This document shows positions 40,017 to 49,798 of a stretch of DNA of 64,000 nucleotides, piece by piece. The DNA is from an uncultured delta proteobacterium (GTDB taxonomy: Bacteria; Myxococcota_A; UBA9160; UBA4427). Both the position numbers and the translations under genes were made by a program. Location of the stretch: positions 256,001-320,000 of the forward strand of contig CAWGJT010000010.1 of the NCBI GenBank assembly GCA_963822965.1. Reading direction: 5' to 3'. Positions within the stretch are counted from its first letter, which is position 1. Each line of letters begins with the position of its first letter. The notes beneath the pieces were generated by a model. The model was not told the origin of the DNA, searched no databases, and saw only the letters and a program-made list of their open reading frames with translations.

Positions 40017-41303
40017 ATGACGCGAACTTCCGCCCCCGAGGATGGAGCCGCGGGGCAGGGCCCCGGCCCGGCGGCCGAGGTCCGTTCGTACCCCGAGCAC
40101 AACGAGGCGATCGGCGCCGCACTGCGGCGGACCGGCGCCGTCGGGGTGATCCTCATCGACGCCAGCGCCCTCGAGATTCTCGAGCGACGCTACGGCGTCC
40201 AGGCGTATCGGAATGCGCGACAGAAGCTCTGCGACCTGATCGAGGAGTCGTGCCAGGAGACCCTCTCCGAGGACGACGTGATCGCCACCACGGGCGACGG
40301 CAGCTGTGACGAGGTGGTGGTGCTGCTCTTCCGTCCCTGGCAGCAGGGGCGCTTCTATCGCGACCGGCTCCCGCACGTCGCGCGCCATCTGGCCCAGTGC
40401 CTTGCCGAGCACGGGGGCCGCTGCGTGTACCCGTACGTGCGGGAGGCGCCGATGCTGCCCGTCGGCGAGGGGTTCGCGCTCTACAACCCCGGTCTGCGCG
40501 AGGTGCGGCAGGTCCGCGAGGCCGTCAAGCGCGCCCGGGCGGACGCGGACCTGAACGCGCGCATCGCGTCCCGCACGCGCTCGAAGCGATTCACCGACCT
40601 GCTCCTCTCCGAGGACGTCACGATCCTCTACGAGCCCATCCTGAACGTCACCACCCGGGAGGTGCGGGGCTACGAGGGGCTCGCACGCGGCCCCTGGGAC
40701 TCGGACCTGCACTCTCCCGGCGCGCTCTTCGAGATGGCCGAGGAGACCGACCTGCTCTTCGAGCTGGACTGCCTGTGCCGCCGCCTGGCGCTGCGCGGCG
40801 CGCGAGGCCTGCAGCCCGGCAAGCTCCTCTTCCTGAACTGCCTGCCCACGGCGATCCACGACCCCAGCTTCCGCGGTGACGTGCTCCGCCGCACCCTGGA
40901 AGACCTGCGGCTGCGGCCGAGCGACGTCGTGTTCGAGATCTCGGAGCGAGAGTCGATCCACAACTTCGACATCTTTCGGGAAGCGCGTGACTACTACGGC
41001 GAGCTGGGGTTCAAGGTCGCGCTGGACGACACCGGCGTGGGCTACGGAAGCCTGGAGGCCGTGATGGAGCTGGCGCCGGACTTCATCAAGGTGGACCAGT
41101 CCCTCGTGCGCGGCGTCGACACCGATCCGCCGCGGCAGGAGCTGCTGCGCGCGCTGAACGCAGTGGCGGGCAAGCTCAAGGCGGAGATCATCGCCGAGGG
41201 CATCGAGACGAGCGAAGAGCTGGCGACGATCCAGGCCCTCGGCATTCCCTACGGACAGGGCTATCTCTTCGGTCGTGCGGCGCCCCTGCGCCGCAGCGTC
41301 TGA
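40017..41303 (+). CDS. EAL-domain protein with degenerate GGDEF-like N-terminal domain
   Basis: YEPI, YEGLAR, LFLN, FEISE, ALDDTGVGY, IKVD, AEGIE, GQGY. Confidence 0.85.
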   Translation: MTRTSAPEDGAAGQGPGPAAEVRSYPEHNEAIGAALRRTGAVGVILIDASALEILERRYGVQAYRNARQKLCDLIEESCQETLSEDDVIATTGDGSCDEVVVLLFRPWQQGRFYRDRLPHVARHLAQCLAEHGGRCVYPYVREAPMLPVGEGFALYNPGLREVRQVREAVKRARADADLNARIASRTRSKRFTDLLLSEDVTILYEPILNVTTREVRGYEGLARGPWDSDLHSPGALFEMAEETDLLFELDCLCRRLALRGARGLQPGKLLFLNCLPTAIHDPSFRGDVLRRTLEDLRLRPSDVVFEISERESIHNFDIFREARDYYGELGFKVALDDTGVGYGSLEAVMELAPDFIKVDQSLVRGVDTDPPRQELLRALNAVAGKLKAEIIAEGIETSEELATIQALGIPYGQGYLFGRAAPLRRSV

Positions 41304-41338
41304 GCTCCCCCTCCGCGCGGTCTGGTAGACTCGCCGAG

Positions 41339-41698
41339 GTGGATCGCGCGCGACCCCCGGACGACATTCCGCCTTCCGACTTCTTCCTTCGCTGGGTGCC
41401 GGAGGCCGTGGCGCGGGACGCGCACCGGCAGGAACGTCTGGGCGACACCGAGGCGATCATCGTCTTCGAGCTCACGGGTCCGGAAGGCGGGTTCTACACC
41501 GTCGCCATCGCCGGAGGGGTCGTCGAGGGCCGGGAAGGCGCCGTCGCCGAGCCCGACCTGCGGGTCGAGCTCGACGTGGCCACCTGGCGCCTGCTGAACC
41601 GCGGCGAGCTGTCGGCGCCCGAGGCCCTGCTGAGGCGCCGGCTCCACTTCCACGGCAGCCTGCTGCTGGGCCTCAAGCTGCATTTCATTCTCGGCTGA
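41339..41698 (+). CDS. SCP2 sterol/lipid-binding domain protein
   Basis: IVFELTGPEGGFYTV, PDLRVELD, GELSAPEAL..RLHFHGS. Confidence 0.75.
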   Translation: MDRARPPDDIPPSDFFLRWVPEAVARDAHRQERLGDTEAIIVFELTGPEGGFYTVAIAGGVVEGREGAVAEPDLRVELDVATWRLLNRGELSAPEALLRRRLHFHGSLLLGLKLHFILG

Positions 41699-41732
41699 CC
41701 CGGGCTGAAGGCTCGGTTGCGGGGCCGAATGC

Positions 41733-42071
41733 TCAGGTCCGGCGGGTCTTGGCGCGGCGGGCTTCCCGGCGCGGCGTGAAGATGCGCTTGTCGTGGCGGC
41801 TCCGCAGCTCCCGTTCGAGCTTGGCCAGGGCGAGGTCGGCCGCCTGGCGCCCGTCGGCCGCGGTCGCGTGCGCGGCCACCGTGGTGTTCTTGCCGCTCGC
41901 CTTGGTGGTGGCGCGGATCTCGTTGCGGTCGGGCTCGATGCCGATCTCGAAACGGTCCACCTCGCTGAATTCGTCCGCCAGGGCCTGGCACCGACGTTCG
42001 AGCGCCTCGTCCAGCTCATCGCTGCGCTCTACGTCCTTCATGTGGAGGATCACCGTCGGATTGCCGGCCAT
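41733..42071 (-). CDS. HPF/RaiA-like ribosome-associated protein
   Basis: GAGGAG RBS; beta-alpha-beta-beta-beta-alpha pattern, AADLALAKLERELRSRHDK. Confidence 0.7.
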   Translation of the reverse strand: MAGNPTVILHMKDVERSDELDEALERRCQALADEFSEVDRFEIGIEPDRNEIRATTKASGKNTTVAAHATAADGRQAADLALAKLERELRSRHDKRIFTPRREARRAKTRRT

Positions 42072-42134
42072 TCCGTCTCCTCGGGCCGAAGTCCGGCCAC
42101 GCACGCGAAGGTAGAAGACCACCCGTTCGCTCGA

Positions 42135-42264
42135 CAGGGCCGAGGTGGCAATGAGGACAGGGCCGAGGTGGCAATGAGGACAGGGCCGAGGTGGCAATGC
42201 GACCAGGGCCGAGGTGGCAATGAGGACAGGGCCGAGGTGGCAATGCGACCAGGGCCGAGGTGGC
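42135..42264. repeat. 23-bp tandem array (5 copies + partial) abutting the tRNA-Sec 3' end
   Basis: cagggccgaggtggcaatg + agga or cgac, order A-A-B-A-B. Confidence 0.95.
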
Positions 42265-42359
42265 GGCGAGGGACGGGAATCGAACCCGCCGAGAACGTGG
42301 CGACACGCTCTCCACTCGATTTGAAGTCGAGGCCGGGCACCAGCCGCAGAAACCCCGCC
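42261..42359 (-). tRNA. selC: tRNA-Sec (UCA)
   Basis: 99 nt; TGGT D-loop, CTCGA-CTTCAAA-TCGAG anticodon arm, 9-bp variable arm, GGTTCGATTCC, G discriminator + CCA. Confidence 0.9.
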
Positions 42360-42496
42360 GCGTGACCACACGCTAGCCCTGATCCGTCGTACGGATCAGG
42401 GGCGCAGCTTCCAATGGCGCCCGAATGGCCGCGACGGCAGGGTCCACGAATCCTACGGATTCTCAACGCTGCAGCGGCTTGGTAGACTGGCGGCCG

Positions 42497-43414
42497 GTGT
42501 CCACCTACAGCCTGCACAACGCGGCGCGTATCTTGAAGGTCACGCCTTCCCGCCTGCGATACTGGCAGCGCACCCGGCTGGCGGTGCCGCGCGCTGCGGA
42601 CGTGGTGACGGGGGGGGAGGTGGACCTCGCCGCCCGGGAATCCGGGGAGTACGCCTTCCGCGATCTCGTCGGCATCAAGGCGGTGCTCTCGCTGCTCGAG
42701 CAGGGCATCTCCCTGCGTCGCATCCGGCGCAGCATCGAGGTGCTGCGAGACCGCGCGCCCGAGATCGAGGATCCGCTGGTGGCGCTGCGACTCTGGGGGG
42801 AGGGCTCGGCGCGGGTCGTCGTCGAGCGCGACGGCCACTGGATGGAGCCGGACGGGCAGATGCTGCTCGGCTTCGGCGCCGACGGGTCCGCACCCTCGGG
42901 TCAGCTGGCGCCGTTCCAGAGGGTGTCCGGCGAAGCGACCGGGGAGGGGCGCTCGGCGGGCGAGTGCTTCGAGCGCGGCTGCCGCCTGGACGCGGATCCG
43001 GCCAGCTACGGCCAGGCCATCGACGCCTACCGCGAAGCGCTCGCCCTCGATCCGGACTTCGCCGACGCCCACTGCAACCTGGGTGCGGTCTTCTACAACC
43101 GGGGCGACCGCGACCATGCCCGGCGGCACTTCGAGCGGTGTCTGCGTCTCGACCCCGGCCACGTGGAGGCCCACTTCAACCTGGCGAACCTGCTGGAGGA
43201 GGACGGCTGCAACGACATGGCCCTGCACCACTATCGCGCCGGGCTGGTCTCCGACCCGTTCTACCCCGACCTCCACATCAACCTGGCCCTGCTCTACGAG
43301 AAGATGGAGATGTCCCGCAACGCCCAGGAGCACTGGAAGCGCTACCTGCAGCTGGAGCCCGAGGGCTCGTGGTCCGAGGTGGCGAAGCTGCGGATCGACC
43401 GGGAGCGCGAATAG
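42497..43414 (+). CDS. MerR-type HTH + TPR repeat protein
   Basis: YSLHNAARILKVTPSRLRYW, YAFRDLV, GISLRRIR; TPRs AIDAYREALALDPDFADAHCNLG, AHFNLA. Confidence 0.8.
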   Translation: MSTYSLHNAARILKVTPSRLRYWQRTRLAVPRAADVVTGGEVDLAARESGEYAFRDLVGIKAVLSLLEQGISLRRIRRSIEVLRDRAPEIEDPLVALRLWGEGSARVVVERDGHWMEPDGQMLLGFGADGSAPSGQLAPFQRVSGEATGEGRSAGECFERGCRLDADPASYGQAIDAYREALALDPDFADAHCNLGAVFYNRGDRDHARRHFERCLRLDPGHVEAHFNLANLLEEDGCNDMALHHYRAGLVSDPFYPDLHINLALLYEKMEMSRNAQEHWKRYLQLEPEGSWSEVAKLRIDRERE

Positions 43415-43453
43415 CGATGCGCCGGGCGGGGCGCGCGCCCGGCCGGGCGCGCG

Positions 43454-43852
43454 TTACTCGTTGCGCTGATCCACGAACTTCTTGTAGGCGCGCGCGTCCA
43501 TCAGGTTGTCGTATTCGGACTCGTCCGAGGGCGACACCGCGACCAGCCAACCCGTGTCGTAGCAGCTCTCGTTCACCAGCTCGGGTGTGTCCGTGAGAGC
43601 GGCGTTCGTCTCGAGGACCTCGCCGGTGATGGGCGCATAGAGGTCCGAGACGGCCTTGACGGACTCGATCACGCCGAACGCCTCTCCCTGCCGGAGCTCC
43701 TCGCCCACCTCGGGCAGCTCGAGGAACACGACGTCTCCCAGCTGCTGCTGGGCGTAGTCGGTCACGCCGATCACGACGCGGTCGTCCTCGATCCGGATCC
43801 ATTCGTCTTCCTGCGTGTACAGGCACTCCGACGGGAACTCGTAGTCCGCCAC
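43454..43852 (-). CDS. gcvH: Glycine cleavage system H protein
   Basis: IGVTDYAQQQLGDVVF, IESVKAVSDLYAP lipoyl-Lys motif. Confidence 0.95.
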   Translation of the reverse strand: MADYEFPSECLYTQEDEWIRIEDDRVVIGVTDYAQQQLGDVVFLELPEVGEELRQGEAFGVIESVKAVSDLYAPITGEVLETNAALTDTPELVNESCYDTGWLVAVSPSDESEYDNLMDARAYKKFVDQRNE

Positions 43853-43856
43853 TGTC

Positions 43857-45000
43857 CTACCTCTTCCTCTTGGGGTTGGTGTTCGCCGGGGCCTCGCGCT
43901 TGCGCGCGCGCACGAACGGCGTCTCGACGACCCGCGCCGCGAGCGCGCGGCCGCGCACCTCGATGGAGATCGGCGTCTCGGCAGCGGCGAGCGCCGGGGG
44001 AACGTACGCCAGGCCGATGGAGCAGCCCAGGGTCGGAGAGGGGCCGCCCGAGGTGACCCGGCCGACGGCAGCGCCGTCCTGGACCACCGGGTAGCCCGCC
44101 CGGGCCACGCCGCGGTCTTCGAGCTCGAAGCCGACCAGCACCGCCGGGTGTCCCGCCGCGGCGCGCGCCTCGATGGCCTCGGCGCCGATGAATCCCCCCT
44201 CGTCGCGCTTCACGAATCGATCCAGGCGCGCCGCCAGCGGCGAGGTGTCGTCGTCGAGCTCGTGGCCGTAGAGGGGCAGCGCGGCCTCGAGGCGCAGGGT
44301 GTCGCGGGCGCCCAGCCCGGCCGGCAGCACGCCGAGATCGCGCCCGGCCTCGAGCAGCCGCTCGAAGAGGCCCTCGGCCTCGCGCGCGTCCAGGTAGATC
44401 TCGAAGCCCGGCGAGCCCGTGTAGCCCGTGCGCGAGACGAGCGCGCTGCACGCCGGCGAGCTCCAGGGAGGTGAAGCGAGAAGCGCCCCAGCGCGGCGAG
44501 GGCGGGGCCGGCCAGGGGCTCGAGCAGGGCGGGCGCAGCCGGCCCCTGGAGCGCGAAGCAGCGCGGTGTCGACGCTGCGATCGTCCACCCGGGTCCGTCC
44601 GGCGTGGTGCAGGATCCACTCCCGGTCCTTGTCCACGTTGGCGGCGTTCACGCACAGCAAGAGCTCGTCGTCGCTCATGCGGTAGACGGTGACGTCGTCC
44701 ACGACGCCGCCCCGCTCGTTGCAGAGCAGGCCGTAGCGCACGCCGCCGGTCCGCAACGAGGCGACCCGGCAGCTGAGCAGGTGCTCGGCGGTGGCGACGG
44801 CGTCGGCCCCGGCAGAGATGGATCTGCCCCATGTGCGAGACGTCGAAGAGCCCCGCCCGCTCGCGCACGGCGGTGTGCTCCTCGAGGATCGAGCGTGTAC
44901 TGCACGGGCATCTCGAAGCCGGCGAACTCCACCATCCGCGCGCCGAGGCGCACGTGCAGATGCGTAGAGCGGCGTGCGCTTCAGGGATTCCGTCGCCCAT
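43857..45000 (-). CDS. gcvT: Glycine cleavage system T protein, multiple frameshifts
   Basis: [48 protein letters not shown] across frames. Confidence 0.9.
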
Positions 45001-45896
45001 CTTCGTACGCGTCGAGTCGCTTGCGCGCGCGATACGCGTGCAGCGTGTTGCGGAGCAGCATCGTGATCGTCATCGGCCCGATGCCGCGGCGCGAGGGCGT
45101 GATGAGGCCGGCGACGCCCTGCACGGCCTCGAAGTCGACGTCGCCCACGAGCTTGCCGTCCACCTCGGTCACGCCCACGTCGATCACGGCGGCGCCGGGC
45201 TTGATCCAGTCGCGCCTTCACCATGCGGGGACGACCGGCGGCGGCCACCAGCACGTCGGCCCGGCGGCACACGCCCGGCAGGTCCCGGGTGCGCGAATGG
45301 CACATGGTGACCGTGGCGTTCGCGCTGCTGGAGCAGCAGCGAGACCGGCTTGCCGACGATCTGGCTGCGCCCGATCACGACGGCCTCCGCGCCTTCGAGC
45401 GGGAACGCCGTGGTGGTCGAGGATCGCCAGGATGCCGAGCGGAGTGCACGAGGCGAGCTCCCAGGTGCCCGCCAGCAGACGTCCGGCGTTGATCGGGATG
45501 GAGGGCGTCGGCGTCCTTGGCGGGGTCGATCGCCTCGGCGATCACCGCCGGCCGGATGTGGGCGGGCAGGGGGAGCTGGACCAGGATGCCGTCGATCCGG
45601 TCGTCGGCGTTGATCGTCTCGATGAGCGCGAGCAGCTCGGACTGGGAGGTGCTCCCGGGGAGCAGGTGCTCGACGGCGTCCATGCCGATGCGCGCGCAGG
45701 CGCGCTGCTTGCCCTTGATGTACGAGCGGCTCGCGGGGTCGTCCCCGACGAGCACGACCGTCAGGCAGGGGGGCCGGTGCCCCGCCTTGGTGAGCTCGTG
45801 GATCTCCTCCGCCAGCTGGCTGCGCATGGCGTTGGCGAGGGCCAGCCCGTCGAACACGACGGTGTCGACGGGAGCGTGGGAAGATTCCGGGGGCAT
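44981..45896 (-). CDS. folD: Methylenetetrahydrofolate dehydrogenase/cyclohydrolase, multiple frameshifts
   Basis: [58 protein letters not shown]. Confidence 0.9.
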
Positions 45897-45961
45897 GGAA
45901 GGACGGGCCTCCTGACGCCGCCGGCCGGGCAGCGGCGGCGGCAGTATACCCGGGTCGCGCG

Positions 45962-46288
45962 TCAGGCGGCGCTCTTGCCGGAGGACTTCTTGGCCGCCTT
46001 CTTCTCGGTCTTGCCACCCTTCTCGGCGGGCTTCTTGTCCTCGCTCTTCGTCGTCGAGGGGGCGGCTTCGGAGGCGCTCTTGTCCTCGGACGAGGCACCG
46101 GGCTTCGCGCTCGAGTACAGGTCCGAGTACCAGCCGCTGCCCTTCAGCACGAACGACGTTCGCGAGATCAGCTTCTTGACCTTGCGCGACCGGCAGACCG
46201 GACAGGTCTTGACCGGCGGATCCGAGATTCTCTGCTCCTTCTCGAACTCGTGCTGACACTTCTCGCACAGGTATTCATAGATGGGCAT
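45962..46288 (-). CDS. FmdB-family zinc ribbon protein
   Basis: [11 protein letters not shown]...CPVC...FVLKGSGWY, low-complexity tail. Confidence 0.9.
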   Translation of the reverse strand: MPIYEYLCEKCQHEFEKEQRISDPPVKTCPVCRSRKVKKLISRTSFVLKGSGWYSDLYSSAKPGASSEDKSASEAAPSTTKSEDKKPAEKGGKTEKKAAKKSSGKSAA

Positions 46289-46506
46289 GGTCGGCCTCCG
46301 TCGTCTTCCTTCGCCTTTCGTCCCGCTTCCGTCCCGCTTCCGTCCCGCTTCGCGCTCGTCTTCGCGAGCGCGCCGATCTCCGCGCCGGCTCCCGGCCCCG
46401 CCGCGCGATGGGTGCGCGAAGCGCCCGTGGGCCAGAGCCGCGTTTCGGGGGGGAGCGCCGGGGGCATGTGGGGGAGATGCCGCGATGCGCCCGGCAGGGC
46501 GACTTC

Positions 46507-46830
46507 TTATCTCACTCCCGGGTTGCTCGCCAGCGCGCACACGCGCTCGCGCAGGGAGGCCGCGTCGCCGTCGACCTCGACCCGTTTGCGTCGGCTCTTC
46601 GCGTCGGCGGGAATGTGCACGGCCCGGCGCGCCTCCCCGAGGGCCCGTGCCAGGGCCTCGGCGCAGGCGGCGTTGGCGCGGCCGTCCACCGGGGGCTCCC
46701 GGACCGCCACGCGCAGGGCCCCGTCGTGGACCCCGCCGATGCGTGGCTTGCTGCTGCGCGGGGTCACGTGGATCCAGAAGGCGATTCCCGCGCCCGTGGT
46801 GTCCACGCGGAGCGGGGGCGCGTCGGACAT
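46507..46830 (-). CDS. DUF167 (YggU-like) protein
   Basis: [24 protein letters not shown]. Confidence 0.85.
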   Translation of the reverse strand: MSDAPPLRVDTTGAGIAFWIHVTPRSSKPRIGGVHDGALRVAVREPPVDGRANAACAEALARALGEARRAVHIPADAKSRRKRVEVDGDAASLRERVCALASNPGVR

Positions 46831-47381
46831 CAGCCGCTGGTGCGCTCGCCGGGCTCCTCGCTGCGGGCCGCGTCCCGGGCGGCGGGCGTGCGCGCCAGGT
46901 AGGTCACCTTGCCGGCGTCGTCCGACTCGTGATTGGCGTCCTCGATGCTGCTCACGAGGCTGAGGTGGGTCTCGAGGGTGGCACGCAGGGCCTGGGCGAG
47001 CCGCGTGCGCAGGCCGCGCATCTCGCGGATCTCGTCCCCCAGCTTCGCGGCCCGGCGGTGGGCGGCGTCGAGGATCTTCTCGGCCTTGACCTCCGCCTCG
47101 CCCACCAGCACCTCCGACTCCTTGATGGCCGCCTCGCGCAGGTCCGAGGTCATGGCCTGGGCGGAGAGCAGCGTCTCCTTGAGCAGGCGCTCGTCGGCCA
47201 CCAGCTGCTCGACGCGCTGCTCGAGCTGTCGGATGCGCTCGCCCTGGCGCTCGTTCTCCCGCAGGAGCTGCTCGTAGTCCTCGGAGACGAGGCGCAGGAA
47301 CGATTCGACCTCCGCGGAGTCGAGCCCGCGCAGGCGGCGCCCGAAGTGGTGATTGCGGACGTCCAGGGGCGTGATGCGCAT
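46830..47381 (-). CDS. divIVA: DivIVA domain protein
   Basis: [27 protein letters not shown] followed by coiled coil. Confidence 0.85.
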   Translation of the reverse strand: MRITPLDVRNHHFGRRLRGLDSAEVESFLRLVSEDYEQLLRENERQGERIRQLEQRVEQLVADERLLKETLLSAQAMTSDLREAAIKESEVLVGEAEVKAEKILDAAHRRAAKLGDEIREMRGLRTRLAQALRATLETHLSLVSSIEDANHESDDAGKVTYLARTPAARDAARSEEPGERTSG

Positions 47382-47538
47382 GCCGGCTCTCCTCGTGGCG
47401 GTCGCCTGCCGCGTGCATCGACGACCGGGCCTCGTCACCCGGTGACGAGCGCACATTCATCGGCAACGGATCGGCAAGACGCCCAGGATTCTTGACCGAA
47501 GCCGGGGTCCGCGCCTCCCGGGGGCCGTCCGGAGCGCC

Positions 47539-48366
47539 TCAGCTCCGGCTGAGCTCCCGAGAGCGGGCCGTGGCCGCCGCCACGGCCTTGTAGATCGCGG
47601 CTCGCACGCCGGCCGCCTCGAGCTGCTCGAGGCCGGCGATGGTGGTTCCGCCGGGGGACGTCACCTGGTCCTTCAGGGCGGCCGGGTGGCGGCCCGTCTC
47701 CATCGCCAGGCGCGTCGCTCCATACACCGTCTGGCAGGCCAGCTGGTGCGCGGCCTCCCGGGGCAGCCCGACCCGCACGCCCGCGTCGCCCAGGGCTTCG
47801 AGCAGCAGGAAGACGTAGGCGGGACCGCTGCCCGAGAGGCCCGTGACGGCGTCGAGCATCGACTCGGCGGGCGCGGACCAGACGGTGCCCACGGATTCGA
47901 ACAGCGCGGTCGCCACCGCGCGGTCTTCCGCGCTCGCCGCCGCGTTGGCGGTGAAGGCGGTGGCGCCTGCGCCCACCAGGGCGGGCGTGTTGGGCATGGC
48001 GCGCACGATGCGTGCGCCGGCGGGCAGCCGCTCGCTCAGGGTGGAGAGCGTGACGCCGGCCGCGATCGAGATCCAAAGGGGTCGCTCCAGGTGGGCGTCG
48101 CCCGAGAGCTCGTTCAGCACCGTTCCGACCACACCCGGCTTGACGGCCAGCACGACGACGTCGCTGCCGGCGACCAGCGCCGCGTTCTCCGAGCCAGGAG
48201 TGACGCCCACCTCCCGGGCGAACGCCTGCCGTTGATCGGGATCGGGATCGGCCGCGCCCAGGCGCTCGGCGGACACGCCCGCGGAGAGCAGGCCGCCCGC
48301 GAGCGCGCGCGCCATGGCACCCCCCCCGATGAAGCCGATCCGCTTGTCGTCGAGTGCGCTCGTCAT
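47539..48366 (-). CDS. proC: Pyrroline-5-carboxylate reductase
   Basis: IGFIGGGAMA, RAMPNTP, GLSGSGPAY, VTSPGGTT. Confidence 0.95.
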   Translation of the reverse strand: MTSALDDKRIGFIGGGAMARALAGGLLSAGVSAERLGAADPDPDQRQAFAREVGVTPGSENAALVAGSDVVVLAVKPGVVGTVLNELSGDAHLERPLWISIAAGVTLSTLSERLPAGARIVRAMPNTPALVGAGATAFTANAAASAEDRAVATALFESVGTVWSAPAESMLDAVTGLSGSGPAYVFLLLEALGDAGVRVGLPREAAHQLACQTVYGATRLAMETGRHPAALKDQVTSPGGTTIAGLEQLEAAGVRAAIYKAVAAATARSRELSRS

Positions 48367-48401
48367 GTGCTCCTTCCGTTCGTTGCGCCGGGTCGCCCGG
48401 C

Positions 48402-49142
48402 TCACGCGTCCGTTCGCGGTCCGAAGAGGGCGGTGCCGATCCGGACCCGGGTTGCGCCTTCGGCGATCGCGATCTCGAAGTCCGCGGACATCCCCATGGA
48501 GAGCTCGCGCAGGTTCGAGCCACCCGGGGCGCTTCGAAGCGTATCGCGCAGCTCGCGGAGCCGCGCGAAGGCGGGCCGGCTGTCCTCCGGGTCGTCGCTC
48601 GCCCGGGGGACGGTCATCAGCCCCACCACGCGCAGCCGATCGAGCGCCGCACAGGCGGCGAGCAGGGACGCCAGCTCCTCCGGGGCCACCCCGCTCTTCT
48701 GGGGCTCGCGGGAGAGGTTCACCTGGAGGCAGACGTCGAGCATCCGCCCGGCCTCCCGGGCCCGGCGATCGAGCTCGGCGGCGAGGGGCTCGCGGTCGAG
48801 GGACTCGACGACGTCCACCAGGGGCAGCAGATGGCGCACCTTGTTGCGCTGCAGGCCCCCGACCATGGACCAGCGCAGGCGGGCCGCGTGCTCGGCGCCC
48901 ACGAGCGCCTCGACGCGGGGGCGCTTGTCCCGCAGCTCCTGCACGTAGCTCTCACCGAGGTGGGTGACGCCCGCCCGAACGCTCGCCGCGATCCGCTCCG
49001 CCGGCTGCCGCTTCGAGACGCCTACCAGGGTGACGTCGTCCACCGCCCGTCCGGCACGGGCGCATGCACGCTCGATGCGTTCGCGGACCCGCGCGAGGCG
49101 TTCCCGGGCTTCGCGCTCCGGGGCCGTGGAGGTGTCCGTCAC
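48402..49142 (-). CDS. yggS: PLP homeostasis protein
   Basis: LVGVSK, GESYVQE, GGLQRNK, LSMGMSADF, VRIGTALFG. Confidence 0.95.
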   Translation of the reverse strand: MTDTSTAPEREARERLARVRERIERACARAGRAVDDVTLVGVSKRQPAERIAASVRAGVTHLGESYVQELRDKRPRVEALVGAEHAARLRWSMVGGLQRNKVRHLLPLVDVVESLDREPLAAELDRRAREAGRMLDVCLQVNLSREPQKSGVAPEELASLLAACAALDRLRVVGLMTVPRASDDPEDSRPAFARLRELRDTLRSAPGGSNLRELSMGMSADFEIAIAEGATRVRIGTALFGPRTDA

Positions 49143-49798
49143 GCGGGCGCTCCCGCGTCCCCCAGGCGGAAGCCGGCGCGCGACAGCAGCTCGAGGGTCT
49201 CCTCCACCGGCAGGCCGATGACGTTCGTGCGGCTGCCCTCGAGCCGGCAGACCAGCGCGGCCCCGCCGCCCTGGATCGCGTAGGCCCCGGCCTTGTCCAG
49301 TGGCTCGCCCGTGGCGACGTAGGCGCGCAGCTCGTCGTCCCCGGCGCTGCGCATGCTGACGCGGCTCTCCACGACGCGCTCGAAGACGGCGAGGCTGCGG
49401 GTGTCGACCACCGCGATCGCCGTGATCACGAGGTGGGTGCGCCCGGCGAGCGCCCGCAGCAGCCGCAGCGCGTCGTCGGCATCGCTGGGCTTGCCGAACA
49501 CGCGACCGTCCAGGGCGACGGTGGTGTCCGAGCCCAGCACGTGCCGGGGCGTGCCGCCCGCCAGACGCCGGGCCACCGCGAGCGCCTTCTCGCGCGCCAG
49601 CCGTCGGGTCATCTCCCGAGCCGACTCGCCCGGCAGGCTCTCTTCGTCGATGTCCGCCGGGACGACCTCGTGCGGGACGCCCGCCTGCTCGAGCAGCTCG
49701 CGCCGCCGGGGCGACGCGCTCGCGAGCACGAGCGCCCCCGGACGGTCGGCCTCCACCGCCGCCCCCTCGCCGCGCACGCCGGGTGCCGAGGCGGGCAT
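49139..49798 (-). CDS. maf: Maf-family nucleotide pyrophosphatase
   Basis: LASASPRRRELL, GSDTTV, GKP, GEPLDKAGAYAIQG. Confidence 0.92.
   Translation of the reverse strand: MPASAPGVRGEGAAVEADRPGALVLASASPRRRELLEQAGVPHEVVPADIDEESLPGESAREMTRRLAREKALAVARRLAGGTPRHVLGSDTTVALDGRVFGKPSDADDALRLLRALAGRTHLVITAIAVVDTRSLAVFERVVESRVSMRSAGDDELRAYVATGEPLDKAGAYAIQGGGAALVCRLEGSRTNVIGLPVEETLELLSRAGFRLGDAGAPA

Noticed and set aside
37008..40961. Very long antisense/shadow ORFs (e.g. 37008-40961, 58883-62617, 28111-30912, 5311-7926)
   Set aside because: Overlap well-supported genes, lack motifs, and are expected from stop-codon scarcity at high GC
42135..42264. 23-bp array as a CRISPR array
   Set aside because: No unique spacers (only two 4-nt variants), period too short, no cas genes in the window
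46318..46352. 11-bp x3 repeat upstream of the FmdB gene (also 8-bp repeats at about 28023-28060) as regulatory arrays
   Set aside because: Low-complexity slippage repeats with no supporting context
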